Of a DNA stretch of 40,977 bases, positions 8,918-17,883 are shown in pieces. Origin of the DNA: a virus. Lineage: Duplodnaviria > Caudoviricetes. Position 1 is the stretch's first letter. The number at the start of each line of letters is the position of its first letter. Location of the stretch: the IMG/VR virus record IMGVR_UViG_3300026262_000001, positions 1 through 40,977 of that record, one strand, 5' to 3'. Position numbers and translations under genes: made by a program. Under the pieces are notes generated by a model that was given only the letters and a program-made list of their open reading frames with translations, searched no databases and was not told the origin of the DNA.

Positions 8918-9706
8918 TTACCGCACCATTTCGTTCGAGCGGCGCTTCACCCGCAGCGGGGTTTCGAGTTTCATCTGCGCGCGGGTATCGACTGCGGCGC
9001 AGAACTCATTGGCGTAGCCTTCAAGGCGCTGCGTCAGTTTCGATGTGCCTTTTGCGTGCAGCATCTTCATGTCGCTCAGCAACTCCTGGTTCGGAAAGTT
9101 GCGGATGGCTTCGAGGCGCTTGTGCGAACTCATTTCAAGGGGCTCGCCGTTCTCCCAATCCTTGCCGGTCAGCAGAGAGTAGGCGGCACCGGCATCGTCA
9201 ATCATGTCGGTCAGGTCTTCAAACCGCTCGCGCGAGCCCTCGGGTGTGTCAGCAAGATCACCGGCGCCGTTCTGAGCCGCGATCTGGCACATGACCGAGT
9301 AGGCGTTCAGTTCGCGCGCGCCGCGGTCGAGATCGGCCGGAACCGGCGAGAAGGTCGGATCGATGCGGCCGTGCTGCATGCGCTGGCGCAGGCCGGAACC
9401 GACCACTTCCGCGAATGCGAAAGTGCCGGGCAGTTCGTTGATCTCGCGCTCGGTCTTTGCGATCGCGGCCTGCTGTGTCATCGGCAGGCTGCTGTCATCG
9501 CGGCGCCAATCAGGATCGGTGATCGAGCCCTTGATGGTGGGGCGCTTCGAAATCTCTTCGGCGCGAGCCTTGCGACGCTCAGCGGCAGCGGCGATGCGCT
9601 GTTCCTGGTATGCCTCTGCGATCGGCTGCTTGGCCTTCGCCATGGCACGGGTTGCAGCCTGCATCGACATGCCGAAAGGCGGGTTTTTCACAATCTTTTT
9701 GATCAT
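8918..9706 (-). CDS. Hypothetical protein (262 aa)
   Basis: AGGAAA RBS, helical composition, preceded by a class I promoter. Confidence 0.7.
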   Translation of the reverse strand: MIKKIVKNPPFGMSMQAATRAMAKAKQPIAEAYQEQRIAAAAERRKARAEEISKRPTIKGSITDPDWRRDDSSLPMTQQAAIAKTEREINELPGTFAFAEVVGSGLRQRMQHGRIDPTFSPVPADLDRGARELNAYSVMCQIAAQNGAGDLADTPEGSRERFEDLTDMIDDAGAAYSLLTGKDWENGEPLEMSSHKRLEAIRNFPNQELLSDMKMLHAKGTSKLTQRLEGYANEFCAAVDTRAQMKLETPLRVKRRSNEMVR

Positions 9707-9758
9707 GGGATTTTCCTTTTCAGTGAGGGAGAGAGCACCGCGCCCTTTCCTGATTGGA

Positions 9759-9786
9759 AATTAGGAACAGGCAGACAGCCACAAAA
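9759..9786 (-). promoter_or_regulatory. Class I early promoter TTTTG-N16-CCTAATT
   Basis: Same motif recurs at 10535, 12439 and 15909. Confidence 0.65.
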
Positions 9787-10071
9787 ACGAAAATCCGCTA
9801 TTTTTCACACCACCAGGGCAGGACCGGAAAAACAGGCAGGAAAACCGCGCAGAATGTCCCAAAAATATTTGAGGCCCGGATTGCTCCGAGCCTCTACCGC
9901 GTCTCGTGCGGCTGCCGCTCGTTCCCGGATTCACCCACATCTGCGCCCAATGAAAGCAGATGGCGGGGCACAACATCACGCTGCACATGACAGCTCGGGC
10001 GTTAGTTGCAGGGGAAAGGAAGAAACCCTGCCGACGCCGAGGAGAGTAGCCCCGGCGCCGTTCGCTGTAAC

Positions 10072-10491
10072 TCAGAAGGGCACCTCATCGTCCTGCGCGC
10101 CGGCGCCGTTTCCGGCCGGGGCAGGGGATGCGCCTGCGGGCTTGTCGCCGAGCAGCGTGAGTTCGCCGCGGTAGGGACGCAGCGCAACCTCGGTGGAATA
10201 CCGGTCGTTGCCCTGCTGATCCTGCCACTTGCGGGTCTCGAGCTGGCCCTCGATGTAGACCTTCGAGCCCTTCTTGAGATACTGCTGGGCGATGCCGGCC
10301 AGTTGCTCAGAGAAGATCGACACCGAATGCCACTCGGTGCGCTCTTTGCGCTCGCCGGTGGTCTTGTCTTTCCAGGTCTCGGAAGTGGCGAGGCGCAGAT
10401 TGCACACCTTGCCGCCGTTCTGAAATGTCTTGGTCTCGGGATCGGCGCCGAGGTTGCCGATGAGAATGACTTTATTGACGCTGCCTGCCAT
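10072..10491 (-). CDS. ssb: Single-stranded DNA-binding protein
   Basis: [19 protein letters not shown]...[17 protein letters not shown]...DDEVPF. Confidence 0.97.
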   Translation of the reverse strand: MAGSVNKVILIGNLGADPETKTFQNGGKVCNLRLATSETWKDKTTGERKERTEWHSVSIFSEQLAGIAQQYLKKGSKVYIEGQLETRKWQDQQGNDRYSTEVALRPYRGELTLLGDKPAGASPAPAGNGAGAQDDEVPF

Positions 10492-10534
10492 GTTGAACTG
10501 CCCTTTCGCGTTCGTGTTTTTGCCTCTGAATGGG

Positions 10535-10563
10535 AATTAGGAACGAAAGACCCCGGCCCAAAA
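10535..10563 (-). promoter_or_regulatory. Class I promoter TTTTG-N17-CCTAATT for ssb, overlapping a hairpin (10545-10580)
   Basis: Reverse complement ttttgggccggggtctttcgttcctaatt; accccggc/gccggggt stem. Confidence 0.65.
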
Positions 10564-10581
10564 CCGAGCCGGGGTTTTTCT

Positions 10582-11232
10582 TCACGCTGCCTGGCGCACG
10601 GCCTCAACGATCTCATCGACATACGGAATGAACCGCTGCACCGCGTCCTCGATCTCGGCGATCATCTCCTCATCGCGGGGCACGCGCCTGATGTGAGTGG
10701 GCATCCCCCGGAAGCCCGCGACATGATCAATCCATTGACGCTCAGACGCCCAAAGGCCGAACTGGCCTTGCACATACTCGTCTTGCGGGATCGCCCCGCC
10801 GAGGTGCAGAGCAATCAGTTTTTCCGGGTTGCGACGCTTGATCTCAACGAGCCCATCAGTGCCCACAAGGCCATCGGGGCTGTATCCGGCAATCACGCGC
10901 CCGCCATCGAGCACCTGCACCATGCCGACTTCGGTGACCTCTTCACGCAGCAGCGAATACTCATCGCGCAGCGTCGCCTCATATTCGGTGCCGTCCTTCA
11001 TGGCCTCGCTCTGAAACGAGGGCAGGGGGCCGCCGAGTAGGATTTCCCCGGCCACTTGGCGCGCGTAGGTCTGGGCGCCGGCACCGAAGCCATGGGGCGG
11101 CTGCACGCCTTTCACGGCCTTGCCTTTCACAAGCAAGCACGCGGCTTCGGATGCGGTCGGGATGCCCGAGCGGGCTTTCAGCCACTCGGGGGTTCCCTGC
11201 TCCAACTCGGCGATAATGCGACGCTCAAGCAT
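10582..11232 (-). CDS. YqaJ / lambda-exonuclease family nuclease
   Basis: QGTPEWLKARSGIPTAS, GYSPDGLV, LVEIK, YVQGQ. Confidence 0.9.
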   Translation of the reverse strand: MLERRIIAELEQGTPEWLKARSGIPTASEAACLLVKGKAVKGVQPPHGFGAGAQTYARQVAGEILLGGPLPSFQSEAMKDGTEYEATLRDEYSLLREEVTEVGMVQVLDGGRVIAGYSPDGLVGTDGLVEIKRRNPEKLIALHLGGAIPQDEYVQGQFGLWASERQWIDHVAGFRGMPTHIRRVPRDEEMIAEIEDAVQRFIPYVDEIVEAVRQAA

Positions 11233-12037
11233 TGCCCGACTCCTTCGCCACCTTGGCCTGATCGCGCGACTTGCGTTCAAGCATTCCGATCAGACGGGCT
11301 GCATCCTTCGCCGGAATTTCTTCGATGCTCTCGGACTTGGCGACGCCGAGGAACTTGGCCTCTTCGGTATCGGTCGAGGCGATGAGCTCGCGCACGCGGG
11401 CCGCGTCTTTCGCCGAGATCGTGTCAGCTGCTGCGGGCTCGGCATGGCGCCGGCTGCCGTCGTCATCGGCGGTCGCGATGCTGAAATATCCGCAGAGCAG
11501 GTAGCGCCTGCCGTAGCTGGTAGTGCTGCCCTTGGCCTGAATGTCTGTCTTGTTGGAGGCCCCTTTCGCACCTGCCCCATCGAGCGGGAAATCATCGTGG
11601 ATCTCGTGGCTATGACCATCGACATGCGAGACGCGCATGAACACTCGCTGATAGCCCCGCTCAGCGCCGGCACCAGACCAAGCGGATACGGAAAAACCAT
11701 GGCGTCGGACAACGGGCATCGCCTGCGTCTCGATATCCGCGAGATCTGCGTAGGTGTATTTTGCGAAGGTGTTTGCCCGGGTGCGAACAACCAGCGGCAC
11801 TTCATTCTGTGCAGCGGTGAGAGCCGCGAAGAATGCACGCTCTGCTTGCCGAGCCCGATCTTCACGGGCGCGATCCTCGATGCGCTCGCGCATCTCCAGC
11901 ATCTTTTCGAGTTTGGAAATGTCGGCCTCTGGGTCTTTCACAACCTTCTCGATCAGCATGATCATCGGATCAGCCGGAAGGTGCGTTTCTTGTTCCGGCA
12001 CGCGCGCGATCTGAGTGCCTGTTTTCTGCTCGGTCAT
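11225..12037 (-). CDS. ERF family ssDNA-annealing protein
   Basis: YTYADLADI, QAKGSTTSYGRRYLLCGYFSIATADDD. Confidence 0.9.
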   Translation of the reverse strand: MTEQKTGTQIARVPEQETHLPADPMIMLIEKVVKDPEADISKLEKMLEMRERIEDRAREDRARQAERAFFAALTAAQNEVPLVVRTRANTFAKYTYADLADIETQAMPVVRRHGFSVSAWSGAGAERGYQRVFMRVSHVDGHSHEIHDDFPLDGAGAKGASNKTDIQAKGSTTSYGRRYLLCGYFSIATADDDGSRRHAEPAAADTISAKDAARVRELIASTDTEEAKFLGVAKSESIEEIPAKDAARLIGMLERKSRDQAKVAKESGNA

Positions 12038-12051
12038 CTCTCTATCCCTGC

Positions 12052-12417
12052 TCAATGGATTGTTGGTTTTGGGGTCGTTTTCTGCTCGTCCTGCCGCTTG
12101 CTCAGCAGCCGCTCTATGGCGACGCGATGGACGAGCATGTGTTCAGTCAGGCCGCGAGCGATGCGCCGCTGTCGGCCGAGCTCGCGGTCGAGATGCCGAA
12201 CCCAAAACCCGAGCCCGATCAGCGCAAAGATGGCGATGGCGAGAGTGAGTTCGGCCATGTCGATCACCGCTTCGAAAGCTGGTTGAAGAAGGACTTCAAG
12301 AGTTCCTTCCGTGCTCGCAGCAAGGCCCGGCGCTGCTTTTGAGTGCGCTTGCTGGCATGCCATGCTTTTCTCTGCTCGGGGGTATGGCTCATGGTTGGCA
12401 TCGACGCCTCCGTTCAT
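12052..12417 (-). CDS. Hypothetical membrane protein (start uncertain: 12417, 12363 or 12258)
   Basis: TM segment LTLAIAIFALIGLGFWV; sits just downstream of the class I promoter at 12439-12467. Confidence 0.5.
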   Translation of the reverse strand: MNGGVDANHEPYPRAEKSMACQQAHSKAAPGLAASTEGTLEVLLQPAFEAVIDMAELTLAIAIFALIGLGFWVRHLDRELGRQRRIARGLTEHMLVHRVAIERLLSKRQDEQKTTPKPTIH

Positions 12418-12438
12418 TTTTTGTTCCGCCTGGGAGGG

Positions 12439-12467
12439 AATTAGGAACGGGTGGCGCGCACCCAAAA
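12439..12467 (-). promoter_or_regulatory. Class I promoter TTTTG-N17-CCTAATT for recombination operon
   Basis: Reverse complement ttttgggtgcgcgccacccgttcctaatt. Confidence 0.65.
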
Positions 12468-12495
12468 CGAGACTCTCAAAATGTTCGAGGCGGGG

Positions 12496-12563
12496 TGTTC
12501 CGGCCGGAACTTTGGTGGGGATAGCGCGCCGGAACCGCACTGTTCCGGCCGGAACTTTGGTGG
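12496..12563. repeat. Two 23-bp direct repeats, each containing the palindrome GTTCCGGCCGGAAC
   Basis: tgttccggccggaactttggtgg at 12496-12518 and 12541-12563. Confidence 0.85.
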
Positions 12564-12892
12564 TCGTTCCCGGCGATCGCGCGACCGGGAAAGCCCACGG
12601 CAGCGCGCCTGGGAGGAGCTCGAGGAGGGGCAGCGCGTGCGCCCTTCCTCGGGAATGAGAGGGGGTCAGGGGGAGAGCGTGGAGCGTCCTCACCATGTCG
12701 GCAGACAGCCCCGTCGGAGACGCCGGGAAGGGGGTTCGGGGGAAACAGCGGCGCGCGTGTTTCTCCTGGGAGCAGGGGGTCCGGGGGAGTGCGGAACGAT
12801 GACCCGGGCGTGGGGGGTATCCAAAGGGGGCGGCGCGAAAGCCACCCATTTGTGTCCCGCGGAAGGCGGCTGCCCGGCGAGGGCCGAACGAT

Positions 12893-12946
12893 ATAACTCA
12901 ACAAAGCCCGGAGGGCGGCCCGCGCCTGCGCGGGTTGTAGAGTTAT
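12893..12946. other. Candidate oriT (inverted repeat upstream of relaxase)
   Basis: ATAACTCAACAA...TTGTAGAGTTAT (11/12 match); AT-rich arms in a GC-rich region, about 85 nt before the relaxase ATG. Confidence 0.5.
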
Positions 12947-13031
12947 TTAGTGAGATCGTTGCCTTTTCCGCAATTCTGGTCGCGAGAACAGCATGCGGGG
13001 CCTAATTCCCTCTCAAAAAGAGGGCAGGACA

Positions 13032-14324
13032 ATGGCGTTCAAAGTAGCGTATCACATGGAGGGCTGGAGGCCGGATCAGCTCATTTATTTTCAGAAGCAC
13101 CATGAGCGGAGCTTCGGAGATCTGGACCACTGCGATCCGTCGAAGAAAAACCAGAACGAGGTCATTCATGGCGGTCCAACTTGGGCCGAGGACTTCATCG
13201 CCGAGGTCGAGATGATGTCCGTTCTCAACATGAAGAACGAGGCGCTCGCCCTCCGCAAGGCTGGCCGCCCAGGCCCGGCGAAGAGGGTCGAGCGTGCTGG
13301 CCCCCAAGATCCCTGGAAGGCATCGCAGAAGCTCGGCGGCGTCCGCTCTGTCGTCGTGAGTGCCGACGAGAAGTTTTTCCGAAAGGCGGGCCTGTCGGAT
13401 GCGGATATTGCCGAACTCGAGGGCGCCGACTTCCGGGACCCGGTGATTTGTCGCAAGTTCAAGGAGCTGGCAGTCTCATATCTCGACTCCGAAATCCCGC
13501 GCGAGCACTGCCTTTTCATGGTGTGGGAAATGGACGAAAAAACTCCCCACCTGCACGCCTACTACGCCTGCTGGAATGAGAAAGAGACGAAGGGCAAAGG
13601 ACGCCAGCGCATGCTCCAGCCCACTGACATGCTCCATTTCAGGAACGCAGAGAAGGCGCAGACTTCGGTCGCGGAATGGTTCAAGCCGCTGGGGCTCGAC
13701 CGCGGCGACAATACCGCGCAAAAGCGCCGGGAGGCGAAGGCTGCGGGCAAGGTTCCGCCGGAGAAGAAGCAGCATGTTCCGCCCTGGCTCTATCGCCGCC
13801 AGCAACGCGCCGAAAATCTCCAAGCCGCCGAGCTCGCGCAGGTCGAGCAGGCGAAGCTCGAAGGAAAGCGCCGGGCGGCGGAGGCATTCGCCGGCAAGGT
13901 TCTGGCGTCCGAAGAAGAGCGGAAGAAGAAGGATGTCGAGGCGGAGAAGCGTCGCCGGAAACAGGATGTCGAAGCGGCTCGCCGTCGCGCAAACCTGGAT
14001 GCGAAGGCATCAGAGCGACGGAAGGAGCTTGCCAGGAAGGCCGAGGCCGATGCCATGAAGCAGGCGGAGGCGGAGATCGCGAAGAAGAGGGCCGAGGTCG
14101 AGAAAGAGCGCGCCGCTGTGGCGAAGGAGCGCGCCGAAGTCGACCGCAAGCGCGAGGGGCTGGTCGAGGTCATGCGGGCCTACTTCCCGCTTGCAGAGAC
14201 CATCCGGGCGGCGGCAAGAAAGGTCGGCTTGGCTGACCACCCACTGATCCAGTCAGCGGGACGAGCCGTCGATAAGATGCGCGATCTCGTCGGGCGTCTT
14301 GGAGGAGAAGATCGGGGGCGTTGA
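13032..14324 (+). CDS. MobV/Pre-family relaxase (plasmid recombination/mobilisation protein)
   Basis: KHHERS...HCDPSKKNQN N-terminal motif, EMDEKTPHLH HUH motif and a long C-terminal coiled coil. Confidence 0.8.
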   Translation: MAFKVAYHMEGWRPDQLIYFQKHHERSFGDLDHCDPSKKNQNEVIHGGPTWAEDFIAEVEMMSVLNMKNEALALRKAGRPGPAKRVERAGPQDPWKASQKLGGVRSVVVSADEKFFRKAGLSDADIAELEGADFRDPVICRKFKELAVSYLDSEIPREHCLFMVWEMDEKTPHLHAYYACWNEKETKGKGRQRMLQPTDMLHFRNAEKAQTSVAEWFKPLGLDRGDNTAQKRREAKAAGKVPPEKKQHVPPWLYRRQQRAENLQAAELAQVEQAKLEGKRRAAEAFAGKVLASEEERKKKDVEAEKRRRKQDVEAARRRANLDAKASERRKELARKAEADAMKQAEAEIAKKRAEVEKERAAVAKERAEVDRKREGLVEVMRAYFPLAETIRAAARKVGLADHPLIQSAGRAVDKMRDLVGRLGGEDRGR

Positions 14325-14327
14325 TCG

Positions 14328-14639
14328 TCAATCCACCAACCGAAACCGGCGCCGGGCAGCCTCGATTTTCAGCCTGCCTGGCGTCTTGGAATAGTCAGGG
14401 GCGGGGGTGATACCCTCGCCCTTTCTCATGGCCTCACGGGCCCTCTCTGCGACGCCGATAGAGGCAAGGAAGGCGCGCTCATCGCGATCGAACGGCATGC
14501 CGATTTCGCCAGTGGCCTTTGCGACGCTCACGAGCATCTTGCCGTATCGGAGCAGCACCGCGCCCTCGAGTTGTCGGACGCGATCGGGGCCGCGATTGAC
14601 GGCGCCGATCAGTTCCATTCTGCGGTGAGCGGAGAGCAT
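14328..14639 (-). CDS. Hypothetical protein
   Basis: 103 aa, coupled (TGATG) to the upstream gene. Confidence 0.6.
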   Translation of the reverse strand: MLSAHRRMELIGAVNRGPDRVRQLEGAVLLRYGKMLVSVAKATGEIGMPFDRDERAFLASIGVAERAREAMRKGEGITPAPDYSKTPGRLKIEAARRRFRLVD

Positions 14640-15217
14640 CAGGCAGCCTCGCGCTGCTGCCGCAGGCGCTCCATTTTCACATGGTTGCTTTCGCCCTCAC
14701 GGGCGCGCACCTCCTTGGTGGCCAGTTGGCGCATGACAATAGACCGGATCACCGCCCCCGTCATCAATGGGTTCTGATAGTCGCCAACATCCACATCTGG
14801 ATCGACTATGGCGAGCAGTTCCTGGTCGTCAGCGAGGAACAGCGGACGCGCCCCATGTGCGCGCTCAACGCAGTTGAGAATGTGTCGCCGATAGACCAAC
14901 GCGCGCACCTCTTGCCGCTCAAAGGACTCATCTTGGGTGGGCCTGATTATGACCGCAGAACCGGCATCAGACATCCACCCCCAACCTTTCCCGGGCGGCA
15001 AGCGGTCAATGCGAACGCCAGTGAGGCTCTTTCCGGTGTAGGTCAATGTCAGTGCATGGGGCACGGAAATCACCTCGCCCGTGAAGTCATCGAGGTAGGG
15101 CAGCAGCGCGCCGAGCGGGGCGCGCATCAGGCGCCCCCATGCCGCATCAAAGGTGCGATCTGTCCGGCGCAGCAGGTCGGAATCCTCGTAGGTGTATTTG
15201 CTCAGGTTCAGCATCAC
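14639..15217 (-). CDS. Hypothetical protein
   Basis: 192 aa in a coupled leftward operon. Confidence 0.65.
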   Translation of the reverse strand: MMLNLSKYTYEDSDLLRRTDRTFDAAWGRLMRAPLGALLPYLDDFTGEVISVPHALTLTYTGKSLTGVRIDRLPPGKGWGWMSDAGSAVIIRPTQDESFERQEVRALVYRRHILNCVERAHGARPLFLADDQELLAIVDPDVDVGDYQNPLMTGAVIRSIVMRQLATKEVRAREGESNHVKMERLRQQREAA

Positions 15218-15408
15218 ACCACCCCCTCGTCGCGGGCATAGACCTCGCCCTCATAGACCGCGAGGCGATCTTCAATCGCGTCAGTCGCCGACTGCGTTTT
15301 TGCCGGCAGCATGCCGTTCAGAATGGCGATCTGTGCGGCCAGTTCCTCGGCCGAAAGGGTCTTGGCCTCTTCGATGAGGGCGCAACGCTCGGTGTCGTTC
15401 ATAGTCAT
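15214..15408 (-). CDS. Hypothetical protein
   Basis: MTMNDTERC..., 64 aa, overlaps the next start. Confidence 0.55.
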   Translation of the reverse strand: MTMNDTERCALIEEAKTLSAEELAAQIAILNGMLPAKTQSATDAIEDRLAVYEGEVYARDEGVV

Positions 15409-15466
15409 CTGTCTGTCTTTCTCTGAATGGGGGAGGTTGCCGGGGCGCGAGGCCCCGGCGCTTGGA

Positions 15467-15835
15467 TCACCAGCGGATGCTCTCTTCGCCGTCATAGGCC
15501 TTGAGCAGAGCTGCTTTGTTGCGGGCCAGATCGCGGTGGTTTTCGATAGCGACATCAATGCTGTCGAAGATCGCATTGAGCAGGTCGCCTTTCCGCATGT
15601 CGCGCAACTCGGTGAGCGTCTTGCTCATGCCATGCCATTCGCCATCGGAGTGACCGATGCGGGCGGTGATCGCCTCGATCTCGTCGCCATCAAACTCGAC
15701 ATCGAACTCAACCGGGAAGCCGTCGCCGATGTGATCGTCAAGTTCGGCCACATCCTCGGGGGAAGCGGTGAGGATCTGGTCGCGCAGGTCGCGGGCGGCA
15801 TCGGCGATGATCGTCGTTTCTTTCTTGGTGAGCAT
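15467..15835 (-). CDS. Hypothetical acidic protein
   Basis: AGGAAAGAG RBS, MLTKKETTII...; first gene after the class I promoter. Confidence 0.65.
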   Translation of the reverse strand: MLTKKETTIIADAARDLRDQILTASPEDVAELDDHIGDGFPVEFDVEFDGDEIEAITARIGHSDGEWHGMSKTLTELRDMRKGDLLNAIFDSIDVAIENHRDLARNKAALLKAYDGEESIRW

Positions 15836-15908
15836 GGTTCTCTTTCCTGTTTTCACTGCCTCGGGAGCGGGTGAGGCGTTGCTGTTTTGTTCTCCGCTCC
15901 TGGACTGA

Positions 15909-15937
15909 AATTAGGCACGCTCTGATCGGCCCCAAAA
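15909..15937 (-). promoter_or_regulatory. Class I promoter TTTTG-N17-CCTAATT
   Basis: Reverse complement ttttggggccgatcagagcgtgcctaatt; divergent from the class II promoter at 15982. Confidence 0.65.
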
Positions 15938-15981
15938 GAAAAACAGAGAAAAAGTGCGCCACCCGCTATTTTTCTTCGATC

Positions 15982-16011
15982 AGCGGGTGCCGGGCATTCG
16001 CCCCATCTCCT
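15982..16011 (+). promoter_or_regulatory. Class II promoter for helicase (probably leaderless mRNA)
   Basis: AGCG-ggtgccgggcatt-CGCCCCATCTCCT, then cggcATG. Confidence 0.75.
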
Positions 16012-16015
16012 CGGC

Positions 16016-17494
16016 ATGTTCGAGGTTCCACTCAGAGACTATCAGACCAAGGTCATTTTGCGCCTCTATGAGCTGCTTAGGGCAGGCCGGCGCCGCATCC
16101 TAATTCAGATGCCGCCTGGCAGCGGAAAGACCATCACCGCCGCCCGTGCAGTCGCTGACGCACTCCCCAAGGATCGCCGTGTCCTGTTCCTCGCCCACCG
16201 GCGAGAACTCATCACACAACCGCGGGATACCTTCGCGAAATTCGGCATGACTGGTGGGATCGTCAAAGCAGGGTTCGACTTCGAGCCTGAGCACCCGCTT
16301 CAGATCGCCTCCGTCCAGACGCTCATCAATCGCCTGGCTCAGATCCACGCGCCGGACATCATCATCGTCGACGAGGCACACCATGCGACTGCCGGCACAT
16401 GGGATCGTATTCTGGCAGCATTTCCCGATGCGATCGTAATCGGCCTATCGGGCACGCCTGAGCGTGCCGATGGAACCGGCCTTGATGATACATTCGAGGA
16501 GATGATCGACGGCCCATCGATCCCGTGGCTCATCGAGAGCGGGTTCCTTGTCGATTGCGATGTCTACGGGGCCGCAGACCGCATCCAGATCCCGCGCCCG
16601 AAGAACGGCGCCGAATACGACTACAAGAAGGTGCTGAGGGCCCTCGAGCGCAAGGGCAGAGACGGCGACCCCCTGGTGCAGTGGCGCAAGCATCACCGCC
16701 CTGGACGACGCGGTGTCGGGTTCGGCCCAAGCATCGAATACTGCAATGATCAGGCCGATAGGTTCCGTGCGGCAGGGTATCGGGCGTTCTCACTCACAAG
16801 CGAGACCGACGACGAGGAGCGCGACGCGATCCTGGCCGGATTCGAGAATGGCACCACGGACTTTGTCTGGAACTGCGGCGTGATCGGGGAGGGGACGGAC
16901 ATCCCCGACCTCGAGATCCTCATCGACTGCATGAAGACGAAGAGCCTGGTCGCCTATCTCCAGCGCGTCTTCCGCATCCTGCGCCCAGCCAAGGGCAAGG
17001 AGGTCGGCATCTATATCGACCTCGTCGGCAATGCCGCCGAGCATGGACACCCATGCATTGCCCGACAGTTCTCTCTCCAGGGCGAGAAGGGGCGGAAGAA
17101 GCTTTCGGAGACGACAGAGGACGGCGAGCACCTCTCGACCCGGCAATGCAACGGATGCTTCCAGCACTTCCGGACACCGGCGCAGGTCTGCCCGTATTGC
17201 GACTTCGACAACGGCATCGACCGCCGCGTCTCCCGTGAGCGCGCTGCCGAGATCAGGAAGCTAAAGAAGGATGAACTTGCTGCCGCGAAGAAGGCCGCCA
17301 CCGCCGCCCGCCTCCAAGAAGAGAGGGACTGCAACAGCCTGGATGAGCTGATCGCACTCGGCCACAGGCGTGGCTACAACCCGAACTGGGCATACACCCG
17401 CTGGAAGAAGTCCGGAAAAGGCAAGAAGGCCATGGCGGCCGCGGCGCGCGACGCGGTGCAGATGAAGTTCGGCGCCGACGGGTGGCCGACATGA
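16016..17494 (+). CDS. SF2 DEAD/DEAH-box helicase with C-terminal zinc finger
   Basis: MPPGSGKT, VDEAHH, GLSGTPER, YLQRVFRILRP, CNGC...CPYC. Confidence 0.93.
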   Translation: MFEVPLRDYQTKVILRLYELLRAGRRRILIQMPPGSGKTITAARAVADALPKDRRVLFLAHRRELITQPRDTFAKFGMTGGIVKAGFDFEPEHPLQIASVQTLINRLAQIHAPDIIIVDEAHHATAGTWDRILAAFPDAIVIGLSGTPERADGTGLDDTFEEMIDGPSIPWLIESGFLVDCDVYGAADRIQIPRPKNGAEYDYKKVLRALERKGRDGDPLVQWRKHHRPGRRGVGFGPSIEYCNDQADRFRAAGYRAFSLTSETDDEERDAILAGFENGTTDFVWNCGVIGEGTDIPDLEILIDCMKTKSLVAYLQRVFRILRPAKGKEVGIYIDLVGNAAEHGHPCIARQFSLQGEKGRKKLSETTEDGEHLSTRQCNGCFQHFRTPAQVCPYCDFDNGIDRRVSRERAAEIRKLKKDELAAAKKAATAARLQEERDCNSLDELIALGHRRGYNPNWAYTRWKKSGKGKKAMAAAARDAVQMKFGADGWPT

Positions 17495-17883
17495 CCAAGG
17501 CGCGAAAGACAGACAAGTCAGAATCCGAGGTGATGGACGAGGTTGCGGATGCTTGGTCGGAAAACTTCGCCCCTGGCGTTCTCTGGCGCCAGAACGCCGG
17601 CCAGGGTCTCACCCTGTCCGGGACCAGAATTCCTCTCGGCCCGACCGGCATCTCTGACTATGTCGGCTTCCTGCCAGGCGGGTGGATCGTGTTCGTTGAG
17701 GTCAAGAAACGCACCGGCAAACTTCGCGCCTCTCAGGTCAAGTGGCGGAAGATGGTCACCGCCGCTGGATGCATCTTCGTCGTCGCCCGCTCAGGGCCCG
17801 AACTCGTTCGGGGCATACATGCCGAGTGTGCCGCACGCGGCATCACCCCACCAGGTCGTCGAGTCCCAGCCCCCGCGCCTTGA
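17491..17883 (+). CDS. VRR-NUC domain nuclease
   Basis: GISDYVG...VFVEVKKRTGKLRASQ PD-(D/E)XK pattern. Confidence 0.85.
   Translation: MTKARKTDKSESEVMDEVADAWSENFAPGVLWRQNAGQGLTLSGTRIPLGPTGISDYVGFLPGGWIVFVEVKKRTGKLRASQVKWRKMVTAAGCIFVVARSGPELVRGIHAECAARGITPPGRRVPAPAP

Noticed and set aside
12496-12563. Possible mini-CRISPR array
   Set aside because: Only two repeats with a 22-nt gap and no cas genes.
14831-14858. AGCG-N14-CGCCCCATGT, a near match to the class II promoter, antisense within an early gene
   Set aside because: The spacer is 14 rather than 13 and the CTCCT tail is absent; it may be chance.
14328-15217. Coupled gene pair as a toxin-antitoxin module
   Set aside because: No recognisable toxin or antitoxin motifs; it is part of a four-gene early operon.
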